From assembly GCA_046563655.1 (NCBI GenBank), contig CM102283.1, positions 6,386,001 through 6,450,000 on the forward strand: a stretch of 64,000 nucleotides of DNA. The letters run 5' to 3'. Each line of letters opens with the position of its first letter. Positions within the stretch are counted from its first letter, which is position 1. The stretch is from Yuukianura sp. NJ FZ-2021. Its lineage: Eukaryota. Below are positions 26,201-39,800 of this stretch, piece after piece. Both the position numbers and the translations under genes were made by a program. Below the pieces are notes generated by a model that saw nothing but the letters and a program-made list of their open reading frames with translations, made no database searches and was not told where the DNA came from.

Positions 26201-29200
26201 GCCTACATCTCGGTGGAGCTCCAACGTAGGACTCTATACATTCACAGAGTGCAAATCCGTTTTGATTTCTACAGCGACTGAATGGTCCACAGGGTGACGG
26301 CAAGCATGGGTCAATGGGCTGAACGTCACGCACGGGCGGTGGTTCAGCTGAAAATTTGAAAAAAAAAGAAACAATTTTTTTTAAAATTAAAGTTGTTCGA
26401 GTGTGAAAAAGAAATCGAAAAAAAGTTGTTTCAAAAGATTGCTACTTACGAATTCGGTGACAGCCACTGTAAGCATTTCCCGTAAAACCTGTCAAACATT
26501 GGCAGCTTGCGATGTGGTTTCTGACTGAACATGTTGCTTGGTATCCACAACGTCCTGGACAAGGATCTCCACATTTATTCCTAATACACGCTTTGTCTTG
26601 TGCACATTCTTCGTTTTGGTTACACTCGACACGACATCCAGCATAAGGGTCTCCAAAAAACTCTGGCAAACAAGTACATGCCCCAACCTCGCCTTTCTGT
26701 TCACAGCGAGCATTGGGTCCACACGGAGAAGGAAAACACGGATTGGTTGGCTGTCTTGTGGGTGGTGGCGGTGGAGGTGAACAGCCACGATTGGCATCTC
26801 CCACGTAGCCGTCGGCGCAAAAGCATTGTGGAATGTGATTCAAAACTCTGCATTGTGCATTGAATCCACAGAATCCAGGACAAGGGTCAACGCATTTCTC
26901 CCGTACACAAGCTTTGTTGTAATCACAATCTGAAGAAACTTGACATTCCGGTCTGAAAATACAATATTATAAATATTTTATTAAAAACTTAAGTGCAAGA
27001 ATCGTAGAATTCCGAAATTATTTCCAACCTGCAAAACGGAGGTTGCCCAAAGTAGCCAGTCAAACACCGACATTCGGCTTGGTCGTTTCTGCGTGTGCAA
27101 GTTGCGTAGCTGCCACAAGGTTCTCCTGCACATGGATCTCTCACTTCAGTCGAAATTATTTTCAGTTCAGGTAAACATTCAATGAATGGATTTCCAACCA
27201 ACGGGGCAGAACAAACTATTTTTGGAAAAAAAAAACAGTATTTCATAAAGTTCTAAACCACGAAGTATAGATTTTTTTTTTAAATTGCAGGTTTTTTTAC
27301 CACAAATTGGAGAATGGTTGATTACTCGGCAAGTTGCTGTTGGAGCACAAGATGCTGGACACGGATCACGACATTTGAGATTGACACAGGCAAGGTGATT
27401 TGCACATTCCGAATTTGTCATGCACTCTGCTCTACACGAAGGAGGAGTTCCAATGTAATTTTCTAGGCAACTGCATATTGCTCCTCCGTTGGACTCACGA
27501 CATTGACTGTACAAACCGCATGGAGATGGCTGACACGGATTTCTGGAAGGTTCTGGTTCGTAAGATATTTTTTGAATTTCGATTTTGTAGCATCTCAAAT
27601 TTGGATTTCCTGTGAAACCGTTGATGCAACTGCAAGTAGGTAAGTGGCGGTAGACATTGCAAATTGCATTCTCTGCACAAAATCCGGGACAAGGATCAAC
27701 ACATTTGTTCCTGACACAAGCTTTGTTCGAGGGGCATTCCTCACTGACTTGACTGGGTTTTCAATAATTAAAATATAAAGATTTTTTAGTTATAACTATC
27801 GCATAATTTAAAAAAGAATGAGTATTACCATTCAGGGCGGCAACCAGCATATGGGTCCCCGTAGAAGTCTTTTTCACATATGCAGGCTCCAACATTACCC
27901 TGTTCTTTGCAAATGGCATTTGGACCACAAGGGCTTGGTTGACATGGCTGAGCTGGAATTTCTCGAATTGGTTTTGTGCAATAGCTATAAGGGTCTCCGA
28001 TAAAACCTTCCAGGCACAGGCATTGTGATTTGTGATTGACCGGTTCGCATTTGGCATTGATTCCGCAACTTCCATCACAAACATCTCTGCATTTGAGTGA
28101 TCTACAAGCTTGGTTGTATGGACAATCCTGGTCTATTGTGCATTCGGGTTTGCAGTATGGTACTTGTCCGAAATATCCAGAGCGACATTGACACACACAG
28201 ATATCGTTCCGTTCTTCACAGTCCGCGTTGTCTCCTCGTTGAACAGAATCGCAAGGATTTCTGGGCTGCAGTGGCTCAATCTTCTTCTGAGGTGGAGAGT
28301 CACATCGGTAGAATGGATCTCCTACAAATGGCGGGATGCAGCTACACAAAGGAGAGTGGGAAATTGTTCTGCATTCGGCATTTATGCCGCATTGAGCTCT
28401 CGTACAAGGATCGACACACCGTTGGTCAATACATGCTTTCGTAGCGGGACATTCACTGTTTGAAATGCATTCGGGCCTACATCGCGGAGGAGCTCCGACA
28501 AAAGACTCCAGACATTCGCAGAGAGCAAATCCATTTTGATTTCGACAGCGACTGAATGGTCCACAGGGTGACGGCAAACATGGGTCACTGGGCTGAATGT
28601 CACGAACTGGAGGTGGTTCAGCTGGGAATTTTAAACGACATTGTTTTAAAATTGAAGGTGCATTTTTTTTAAATGAAAAAGAACATTGAAGATGTTTCGA
28701 AAAAATTTCTACTTACGAATTCTGTGGCAGCTACTGTAGGCATTTCCTGTAAAGCCTGGAGAGCACTGACAACTTGCAATGTGATTTCTGACTGAGCATG
28801 TCGCTTGGTATCCACAAAATCCTGGACAGGGATCTACACATTTATTTTGAATGCAAGCTTTGTTTTGAGGACATTCTTCACTTTGAGTACACTCGACACG
28901 ACAGGCAGTCCACTGAAATCATTTTATATAAGTTATAAAATTTTTAATTTCAACAACTTTTTTCGTTTAAAAATTACTCAGGAAAGCTTAATCCCAACAA
29001 CTTACAGGGTCTCCAAAAAATCCCTTCAAACAACTGCAAGATCCAACCTCGCCTTTTTGCTCACACTGAGCATTTGTACCACATGCTGTTTAAAATTAAA
29101 AAAAATTATTTAGAACATAGAATTAAAACGCCCTAAAGTAAAAATTTCAACAAAACAACAAATTTCAAAATCTTACGAGAGGGGTAGCATGGATTCGTTG

Positions 29201-32200
29201 GCTGCCGAGTGGGTGGTGGCGGTGGAGGTGAGCAGCCAATATTGCCATCTCCAATAAATCCATCTACGCAGAAGCACTGTGGAATGTGATTCAGAACTTT
29301 GCACTCTGCGTTGAATCCACAAAATCCTGGACAAGGATCAACACATTTCTCTCGAACACAAGCTTTGTTGTAGTCGCAGTCCGAGGAAACCTGGCATTCC
29401 GCTCTAAAAATGCAATGATATATTAATTTAAAACAAATTTATAACTGTGATAATAGTAGAATTCAGAATTTATTTTTAACCTGCAAAACGGAGGTTGTCC
29501 AAAGTAGCCAGTCGAACATCGGCATTCGGCTTGGTCGTTCCTGCGAGTGCAAGTTGCGTAGCTTCCACAAGGTTCTCCTGCACATGGATCTCTCACTTCA
29601 GTAGAAATTATTTTGAGTTCTGGCAAACATTCGATAAATGGATTTCCAACGAGCGGAGCAGTGCAAACACAAATTGGAGAGTGATTAATTGCTCGGCAAG
29701 TTGCAGTTGGAGCACACGATGCTGGACATGGATCACGACATTTGAGATTGACACAGGCTAGGTGACTTGCACATTCAGAATTTGTCATGCACTCTGCTCT
29801 ACATGAAGGAGGAGTTCCAATGTAATTTTCTAGACAACTGCAAATGGCTCCACCGTTAGATTCACGACATTGACTGTACAACCCGCATGGAGAAGGATGA
29901 CAAGGATTCCTGGATGGCTCTGGTTCGTAAGATATTTTTTGAATTTCGATTTTGTAGCATCTCAAGCTGGGATTTCCTGTGAACCCGTTTATGCAACTGC
30001 AAGTTGGTGAGTGGCGGTAGACATTGCAAATTGCATTTTCTCCACAAAATCCAGGACATGGATCCACACATTTGTTTCTGACACAAGCTCTGTTTGACGG
30101 ACATTCCTCGCTGACTTGACATTCAGGGCGGCAACCTTTGAACAAAAACAAAAAATTATTAAAATTACTTCAAATTATTTCGAATTTTTTTTTGAGAACA
30201 AACCAGCATATGGGTCCCCATAGTAGTCTTTTTCGCAAATGCATGCGCCAACATTGCCCTGCTCTCGACAAATGGCATTTGAACCGCAAGGGCTAGGTTG
30301 ACACGGTTGAACAGGAATTTCTCGAATTGGTTTTGTGCAGTAGCTGTAAGGGTCCCCGATAAAGCCGTCAAGACACAGGCATTGTGATTTGTGATTCACC
30401 GGTTCGCATTTGGCATTGATTCCGCAACTTCCATCACAAACATCTCTGCATTTGAGTGATCGACAAGCTTGGTTGTATGGACAATCTTGGTCAATTGTGC
30501 ATTCGGGTTTGCAGTATGGTACTTGTCCAAAATATCCAGGGCGACATTGACACACACAGACGTCGTTCCGTTCTTCACAGTCCGCGTTGTCACCTCGTTG
30601 AACCGAATCACAAGGATTCCTGGGCTGAAGTGGCTCAATCTTCTTCTGAGGTGGAGAGTCACATCGGTAGAATGGATCTCCTACAAATGGCAGGATACAG
30701 GAACACAGCGGAGAGTGGGAAATTGTTCTGCATTCGGCATTTATGCCACATTGAGCTCTGGAGCAAGGATCGACACATCGTTGGTCAATACATGCTTTGG
30801 TAGCAGGACATTCACTGTTTGAAATGCATTCTGGGCGACATTGTGGTGGAGCTCCGACAAAAGTCTCCAGACATTCACAGAGAGCAAATCCATTTTGATT
30901 TCTACAGCGACTAAATGGTCCACAAGGTGACGGCAAGCAAGGATCGGTGGGCTGGATGTCACGAACTGGAGGTGGTTCAGCTGCAAATTTAAAAAAGAAA
31001 TTGTTATTTAAATCACATTAAGGTAATTTTAATTTTTTTCTTTTCATAATTGGAATAAAAACAATTTTCGCGTATGACTTTCAAAAATTTCCCTTACGAA
31101 TTCGGTAGCAGCCATTGTAAGCGTTTCCGGTAAAGCCCGGCGAGCATTGGCAACTTGCGATGTGGTTTCTGACTGAACATGTTGCTTGGTATCCACAACG
31201 TCCTGGACAAGGATCTCCACATTTATTCCTAATACATGCTTTGTCTTGTGCACATTCTTCGTTTTGGTTACACTCAACGCGACAACCTGTCCATGGATCT
31301 CCGAAAAATCCGTCCAAGCAGCTGCAGGACCCCACCTCTCCTTTCTGTTCACAACGAGCATTTGTGCCACACGCTGTTTGGAAAAAAAATGGTTTGAATA
31401 AGACTAATTTAAAAATTAAGACCTTGCGAAAAGCAGAAAAATGTGAAAATCTTACGTGAAGGATAGCATGGATTTGTTGGCTGTCGAGTAGGTGGCGGAG
31501 GTGGAGGCGAGCAGCCACTATTAGCATCTCCAATATATCCGTCGATACAGAAGCATTGGGGAATGTGATTCAGAACTTTGCACTGTGCGTTGAATCCACA
31601 AAATCCTGGACAAGGATCAACACATTTCTCTCGAACACAAGCTTTGTTGTAGTCACAGTCTGAAGAAACTTGACATTCCGGTCTGAAAATACAATTATTA
31701 TAAATATTAAAAAAAAAGTAAGTGAGAAAGTAGTTCAGATTTTATTTTCAACCTGCAAAATGGAGGTTGGCCAAAGTATCCTTCGAGACAACGGCAATCG
31801 GCTTGGTCGTTTCTGCGAGTGCACGTTGCGTAGCTGCCACAAGGTTCTCCTGCACATGGATCTCTCACTTCAGTCGAAATTATTTTCAGTTCAGGTAAAC
31901 ATTCAATAAATGGATTTCCAACCAACGGGGCAGAACAAACTATTTTTGGAAAACGAAAAAAAAACAGTATTTCAAAAAGTTCTAAACTGCGAAGTTTACA
32001 TTTTTTTTTAAATTGCAGTTTTTTTTTTACCACAAATTGGAGAGTGATTGATTACTCGGCAAGTTGCAGTTGGAGCACAGGATGCTGGACATGGATCGCG
32101 ACATTTCAGATTGACACAGGCAAGGTGACTTGCACATTCCGAATTTGTCATGCACTCGGCTCTACACGAAGGAGGAGTGCCGATGTAATTTTCTAGGCAA

Positions 32201-33789
32201 CTACAAATGGCTCCTCCGTTGGATTCGCGACATTGACTGTACAAACCACAAGGAGATGGATGACAAGGATTTCTTGACGGTTCTGGTTCGTAAGATATTT
32301 TCTGGATTTCAATTTTGTAGCATCTCAAGTTGGGATTTCCTGTGAACAGATTTATGCAACTGCATGTGGGTAAGTGACGGTAGACATTGCAAATTGCATT
32401 TTCTCCACAGAATCCAGGACAAGGATCCACACATTTGTTCCTGACACAAGCCTTGTTCGATGGGCATTCCTCATTGACTTGACATTCAGGGCGGCAGCCG
32501 GCATATGGGTCCCCGTGAAAGTCTTTTTCACATATGCATGCTCCAACGTTACCCTGTTCTTTGCAAATGGCATTTGGACCACAAGGGCTTGGTTGACATG
32601 GCTGAGCTGGAATTTCTCGAATTGGTTTGGTGCAGTAGCTGTAAGGGTCCCCGATAAAACCTTCCAGGCACAGGCATTGTGATTTGTGATTGACCGGTTC
32701 GCATTTGGCATTGATTCCGCAACTTCCATCACAAACATCTCTGCATTTGAGCGATCGACAAGCTTGGTGAAAGGGGCAGTCTTGGTCAATTGTGCATTGA
32801 GGTCGGCCTGTAGTTTCAAAATCAAAATTTTTATATAAAATTATGATAAGTTATGTAGAAAATATTGCTCAAGTGATACTGGACTTTTCTGGAAATTTTC
32901 TGCTTACAATTTGGTACTTGTCCAAGGTATCCTGAACGACATTGACATATGCAGACGCCGTTTCTCTCTTCACAATCTGAATTGTCTCCACGCTGAACCT
33001 CGTCACAAGGATTTCTGGGCTGAAGCGGCTCAATTTTCTTCTCTGGTTCGGGATCACATCTGTAAAATGGATCTCCAACAAATGGTCGAATGCAGGTACA
33101 TAACGGAGAGTGTCTGATGACTCGACATTCTGCATTGATACCACACTGTGCTCGAGCACAAGGATCTGCACAACGTTGGTCAATACACGCTTTGTTTGTT
33201 GGACAGTCTGTGTTTAGCTGGCATTCTGGAGATTTAAAAGACATAGATGTTTATATAACGACAAATAAAATTTTCACTAAAACGTCAACTAAAATTAAAG
33301 TTTGTAATACCGGGGTGGCAAGATGGTGGGGAGCCAATATAAGAAGGAAGGCATTCGCAAGATGCTGCTCCGTTACGATCTACACATCGACTGTATGGGC
33401 CACAAGGTGAAGGTTGACAAGGGTTGACCACTGTCGGTTCAGTTGTTCGTTCAGCTGAAAAATTACAAAAATGTTAAAATACACCGCATGCGCACATTTT
33501 TATACAAACTTACGCATTCGCTGACATGCAGTGTATGGATTTCCTACGAAGCCTTGGAGACACACGCAGTTTGGAACGTGATTTCTAACGGAGCAAGTAG
33601 CTTGGACTCCACAGAATCCTGGACAAGGATCCACGCATTTGTTCGAAATGCAAGCCTTCGTCTGGATACAGTCGTCGCTTGTGTAGCATTCCAGTTTACA
33701 TTCAATATGTGGGTCTCCAAAATACTGCGATTTAAAACAAATATAAACGTTTATTTGACGTAATATATAATAAAAATAATATAATAATA

Positions 33790-33823
<34 letters not shown>

Positions 33824-36800
33824 TTACGCACCTGATCTGGGCATGTGCAAGCTCCGACACCGTTCCTTTCTGTACACTTAGCATTCGCACCTACAAAAAA
33901 AATGATTTGAAATCCTCCAAAGTTTTCGGAAAATTGCAAATTCAAAATCAAAATTTACCGCATGGAGATGGATTGCAAGGATTCGCTGGCTGATATTTGA
34001 TTGGAGGAGAACATCCGCTGTATGGGTCACCAATAAACTCCGGAGGATCACAATAACATGTCGGTTTGTGAGAGGTCACCACACATAGTGCATTAGTTCC
34101 ACACATTCCAATGCAAGGATCTACACATTTTTCACGGACGCAGGCTCGGTTCGGTGGACAGTCTGGGGAAATTACGCATTCAGGATGGCTAAGACAAAAA
34201 AGAAAATTCGAAGTTGAATAAGTTCAGTTTCCAAAAACAAATCAAAGATTTACCAATTCGGAGGCACTCCGAAGTATCCGTGTAAGCATGAGCATACTGC
34301 TTGGTCTCGAACATTATGACATTCAGCAAAGCTTCCACAATTAGCAGTAGAACAGGGATCGACGAACGCTGGTTGCTCAATTTTCAGAACTTGTTGCATA
34401 CACTCGTAAAATGGATTACCGACGAAACCAGTTGGACCTGATAGCATTTCAAAAAAATGTCATAATAAATTTTCATATTTTTTTAAATAGATTTCTTACA
34501 TGAACAAATCGGTGAGTGGTTAATTACTCTGCAATTGGCTGATGGTGCACAAGACGCAGGACACTGATAAAAAGATTAAAAGCAATACATAAATTACTAC
34601 ATAAATAAATTTATGCATACATAAATACATGAATGCGTAACAACAACGAAAGTTCACACTCTTACAGGATTGCTGCATTTACGATTGAGGCAAGCTTGAT
34701 CCGGACCGCAATCTGAATTTTGTACGCTAAAAATGAAAATGTAGATTATTTATATAACGTCAAATTATAAGATTTACTTCAACTTCAACTAAAACATTCT
34801 AATACCGGGGTGGCAATTCGAGTGAAAAATAGTTAAAACTTAAATTATTTGCTCACACCCCGGTATTAAAAAGTTTCAAAAGCTAATTATAATATGGATT
34901 TTAGACTATAATTGTCGCATAATTTAAAATAGAAGAAGAAAATAACCTTACCATTGCGGGCGGCTGAAATTGAATTTTGAATTACAAACAATTAGAATGA
35001 CAATTTAAAACCATTAAAAATACATTGAAGATGTTTACCATTGCGGTGGAGTTCCAATGTAAGTGTCTGCACAAGAGCACACAGGTTGATCTCCTGACTC
35101 ACGACATACGCTGTAGGGACCACAAGCTACAACAAGAGGAATTATACTTCAATACTACAAATTTTTGTTGATTTAATTTGAGCAGAAAATTTGAAAATTT
35201 TTTAAAATAACTTACGGTTAGGAGTACACGGTTGGACAATTTCAGGTTGTTTGAAGATTCCTAATTAACCAATACGATCATTAGTTTGCAAATTAAAGAC
35301 AAATATATATATAAAATTAAAAAGTTGTTTTAAAAATTGAAAATCAAAGTCAACTGAAGAAGTTGAAAGTAGCTGGTTGCTGGAAGAAGTCGAAGTTTTC
35401 AATAACGTACTCAGAAGCCAAGCGATGGACGAATCCTTAAAAGATGCACTTTTGGAAGAAAGAGTATTAATCATTACTTCATTAATTAAATCTTTGCTAC
35501 TTGCCGCTCACTACCGACTGGATTAATTGCAAATTACGTCATAAATCTACTGCGCATAAACTCATAAAAGCTTTCCGGTTGGCGCATGCGCTGGCGTCAG
35601 TGCGAAGCGAATACTCAAAATACGCAAAATTGTTTTTTGAGCCAAATTGGAGCCAAATCAATATGCGATTAATCACTACTGAAAAGACAGAAAAAATAAG
35701 GCCAAAGTACATGCTGCATTTTCCCCAACTTCCAAAATCCTTACGTCGTTGAGCACATCCCCTAAACGGGTCGCCCTCAAAACCGTCGTTACAGTAGCAT
35801 GAAGCAGCATGGTTGATGACTGAGCAACTGGCGTGGTAACCACAAAGACCTGGACATGGATCGACGCATTTGTTCTTTACGCATGCTCTGTTTGGTGGAC
35901 AGTCTTGACTCAAAACACTGGTTGAATAGAACATTATATTAAATATAATCTTTACTTAAACTTCAATTTAAAATAGAAGAAGAAAATAACATTACCACTC
36001 CGGCCTGCAGCCACCGTTGCTACCATAAGGGTCGCCGAAGAACTCAGGAAGGCAGGCTGAAATTGAAAATTTCAAAATTTAAAGAAAAAACCGCTAAAAG
36101 TTTTTCAAAATTCTCCGTGTCAAAATTTCCATTTCGGTAAAGGAACTTACTGCAAGCACCGACGCCATTTCGTTCTGTACATTGTGCGTTTGGTCCGCAA
36201 GGAGATGGAAAGCAAGGATTGGCCGGTTGTGGTGTAGTCGTTATGATCCGCAGCTCTTCTCGGCAACCTTCGCATTCAAAAGTGTAATACATAAAGCATG
36301 ACCTTGACCTCTTGACCTTAATTTGCAACGGCACTATATTTTTGATAGTTGGCTGTATCAACGAACTTACCTGATCCGAATGGGTCTCCGGTAAAACCTG
36401 GCGGTACAAAGAGTTAGAAAAGTATCAGATTATTATATAATGTCAAATCTTTACAAAAAATCTTTACTAAAACGAAATACAATTAACATTGTAATACCAG
36501 GAAGGCAGTAGCACATTGGTTTGTGGTTTTGCACTCGGCATTCAGCTCCGAATGAACAAGCACCTTTGCATGGGTCTTCGCACTTCTGTTGCAGACAGGC
36601 CTTAGTGCTGATGCAGTCTTCATTGATTGTGCACTCGGGTCTAAGATTTAAAAAAAAGCGTTTTGTTTTTAATTCAAAAAAGTTCAATTTTCTTAATTTT
36701 TATGAAATTAAAAATGTCTACTCACCGACAAGATGGTGGTCGATTGATGTATCCTGGCTCACACGAGCAAGCTGCTACTGAATTTATTACCTTACAGATA

Positions 36801-39800
36801 CTGTATGGCCCACAAGCTAAGAATAAAAAAAATGCATAAATTAAATTCAAATGCATAAAAATTTTCAAACATATTTTTTTAATCGTGAAAACGAATAATT
36901 TTGTTTACGAGATGGGAAGCATGGATCTGTTGGTTCAGGCGGTGGAAGTCTAATTTCGACACAGTTGTAAAACGGGTCTCCAGTAAACTGCAGTATAGGC
37001 ATTACAAAGTTGTAAATAATTAAAATATAGAAATTTTCAGCTATACCAAGTGTGGCATAATTTAAAACAGAATAAGAAATATTATATTACCGTTGGAGGG
37101 CACTGGCACAAAGGACTGTGATTGCTCACTTTACAAATGGCCGTAGGTGGACACGGTCCTGGACATGGGTCAACGCACTTTTGGTTTCTACAAGCTTTGC
37201 TACAAAATATAAACCAAATAATTTTAGTACACTATTTAATTTTTAAATATATTATTTAAATGTTGGTTTCTGTGTTTACTATTTACCTGAGGTCACATTC
37301 ACCATTGGTCAAGCACTCTGGAGAACAGTTAGGTGGACTACCCCTGTAATCTGGTAGACAAGTACAAACTGCAACGCCATTTCGATCCAAACATTTTGAA
37401 AACGGACCACATGGATTTGGTTCACAAACTCTCAACGGTATAACTTCTGGCTCAAATTTGTGACATCCAGTAAATGGCTGTCCGGTGTATCCCGGTATAC
37501 CTAGATGAATACATTCAAGTAGTAATTTAATGTTCGAAGATTCATAAATTAGCATATCCATAATGAAGTCTTACAAACACAAGATGGGATGTGGTTGGAC
37601 ACACGACATTCGGCATTCGGACCACAAAGGCCTGGACATGGATCGATACATTTGTTTCGGTTGCAAGTTTTTGTGTTCGGACAATCTTGGTTCACTGTTT
37701 CGAAACAAACTCAAATTGACTGAAGTTATTTAAACATACGTTAAAATATTTTTAATAAATTATAATTTAGTTATGATTAAGTTAGTTAACGTACGAGTAC
37801 ATTCCGGTTGGCAAGCTGTGTAGGGATCTCCCTGAAAATCCAATATAGGAATTTAAAAGAATTATAAATTAAATAGATTAATTAGAATTAAAAACTTGTA
37901 ATACCGGGGGTGGCAATTCGAGTAAAAACAAACACTTCAAAAAATCTTTCCTTTAAACCCCTTAAGTGTATTTTTTTTAGTAAAAGCCTTTTTTTTTAGA
38001 ATTTTGAAGCATTAAGCTTCCTTCAATCGTCGTTTTTGTCACTTTCAGCATAATTTAAAATAGAACAAGAAATATTACATTACAAACCTGAAAATCTGGT
38101 AAACATGTGCATGCCCCAATTTCTCCTCGTTCTTCACACCGTGCATTTAGGCCGCAAGCTAAAACAAAAAGTACAGTATTACTAAAATGTTAAGTCATTT
38201 TTATGTCATATTGTATTTCATTTTATATTATTAGTTAATGTATCATAATTTTAGGGCTTAACATACGACTTGGATTGCAAGGCATCAGCGGTGGAGCAAT
38301 TTTCGGTATTGGGAAGCATGAAGTGAATGGATCCCCTGTGGACGGAAATTAAAAGAAATGTAACGACAAAACAAATCTTTAAACTTCAATTAAAATTAAA
38401 ACATTCTAAATACTGATGGGGCAATTCGAATGAAAAATAGTTAAATCTTAAATTATTTGCTCACAACTTGGTATTAGAAAGTTTTAAATAAGTAAAATAT
38501 AAAATATAGTTATGATTGTCGCATAATTTAAAATAGAATAAGAAATATTAACATTACATTACCTGTGTAATGGTCCAAGCATCGGCACACCGGTCTGTGG
38601 TTGATGGTATTGCAAAGAGCATTTTCTCCACAAGCAGAAATACAAGGATCACGACACTTTTCTCGAAGACAGGCCAAGTTACTTGGGCAGTCCGAGTTAT
38701 CTGTTCAGTAAATTCAGAAAAGAGTTGTGAAAAAACTAAAATTTTGAAAAATAAATCACAGAGTACTTGCCAATGCATTCGGGTCTACAATTCGGTGGAG
38801 ATCCAATTTTTCCTTCCTCGCACGAACAGAAATACTGATCATTCCTTGTAACACATCGTGCATGTAAACCGCATGGAGCTTTCAGGCATGGATCAACCCT
38901 GACATCCGTGTCATGTCCAACGACTGGTGGATTTGGAACACATCTCGTGAAAGGGTCCCCGGTATGATCAACGGGGCAGCTACAGATTGCACTGTGTTGT
39001 AGTACATGGCATCTGGCCAACGGAGCACAGGCAGCATCCAGACATGGATCGACGCATTTTTCATTACGGCAGGCTTTGTCAAGCGGACATTCAGAACTTG
39101 ACGTACACTCTTAAAAAAAGACATAGATGTTAATATAACGACGACTAAAATATTTACTAAAACGTCAATTAAAATGAAAACATTCTAATGCCGCGGGGTG
39201 GCACTTCGAGATATTAAAAGGCATTAAAAAGTTTTAAATAATTAAAATATAGAAATTCTTCATTACCGCTGCCGGGCAACTACAGATTGCACTGTGTTGT
39301 AGTACGTGACATCTTGCCAACGGAGCACAGGCAGCATCCAGGCATGGATCGACACATTTTTCGTTCCGGCAGGCTTTGTCCAGCGGACATTCAGAACTAG
39401 ACGTGCACTCAGGCTTACAAAACGGTGGATCTCCCACATATCCGATTTTACATGTGCACACTGCAACGTCGTTTACGTTTCGACAAGAGCTGTATGGCCC
39501 GCAAACTGGTCCTCTACAAGGATCTTGAGGAATTACTGGCGGAGGTGGAATTCTGGTACAACCAATGGCAGCATTCCCGGTGTAACCAGCTTGACAAGCT
39601 ATTCAGCACAAAATCAATTAATTTAGTACAATGTTAATTAATACAAATTATATTAAGTTAATAAAAGTGACTTACTGCAGAGCGAGGCGTGGTTTCGAAC
39701 AGAGCATTCACTATTTGTGCCGCAAGAACCGATGCAAGGATCTTTGCATTTGTTGGCGACACAAGCTCGGTCATAGGGACAGTCAGAATTTTGCAAGCAC

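Larger units (their letters stand above)
24290..33300 (-). repeat. Four tandem super-repeats (~2.3-2.45 kb) of dumpy exons and introns
   Basis: Marker gctttgttgta.tc.ca.tc recurs at ~24461, 26911, 29362 and 31641; near-identical peptides ([29 protein letters not shown]). Confidence 0.9.
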
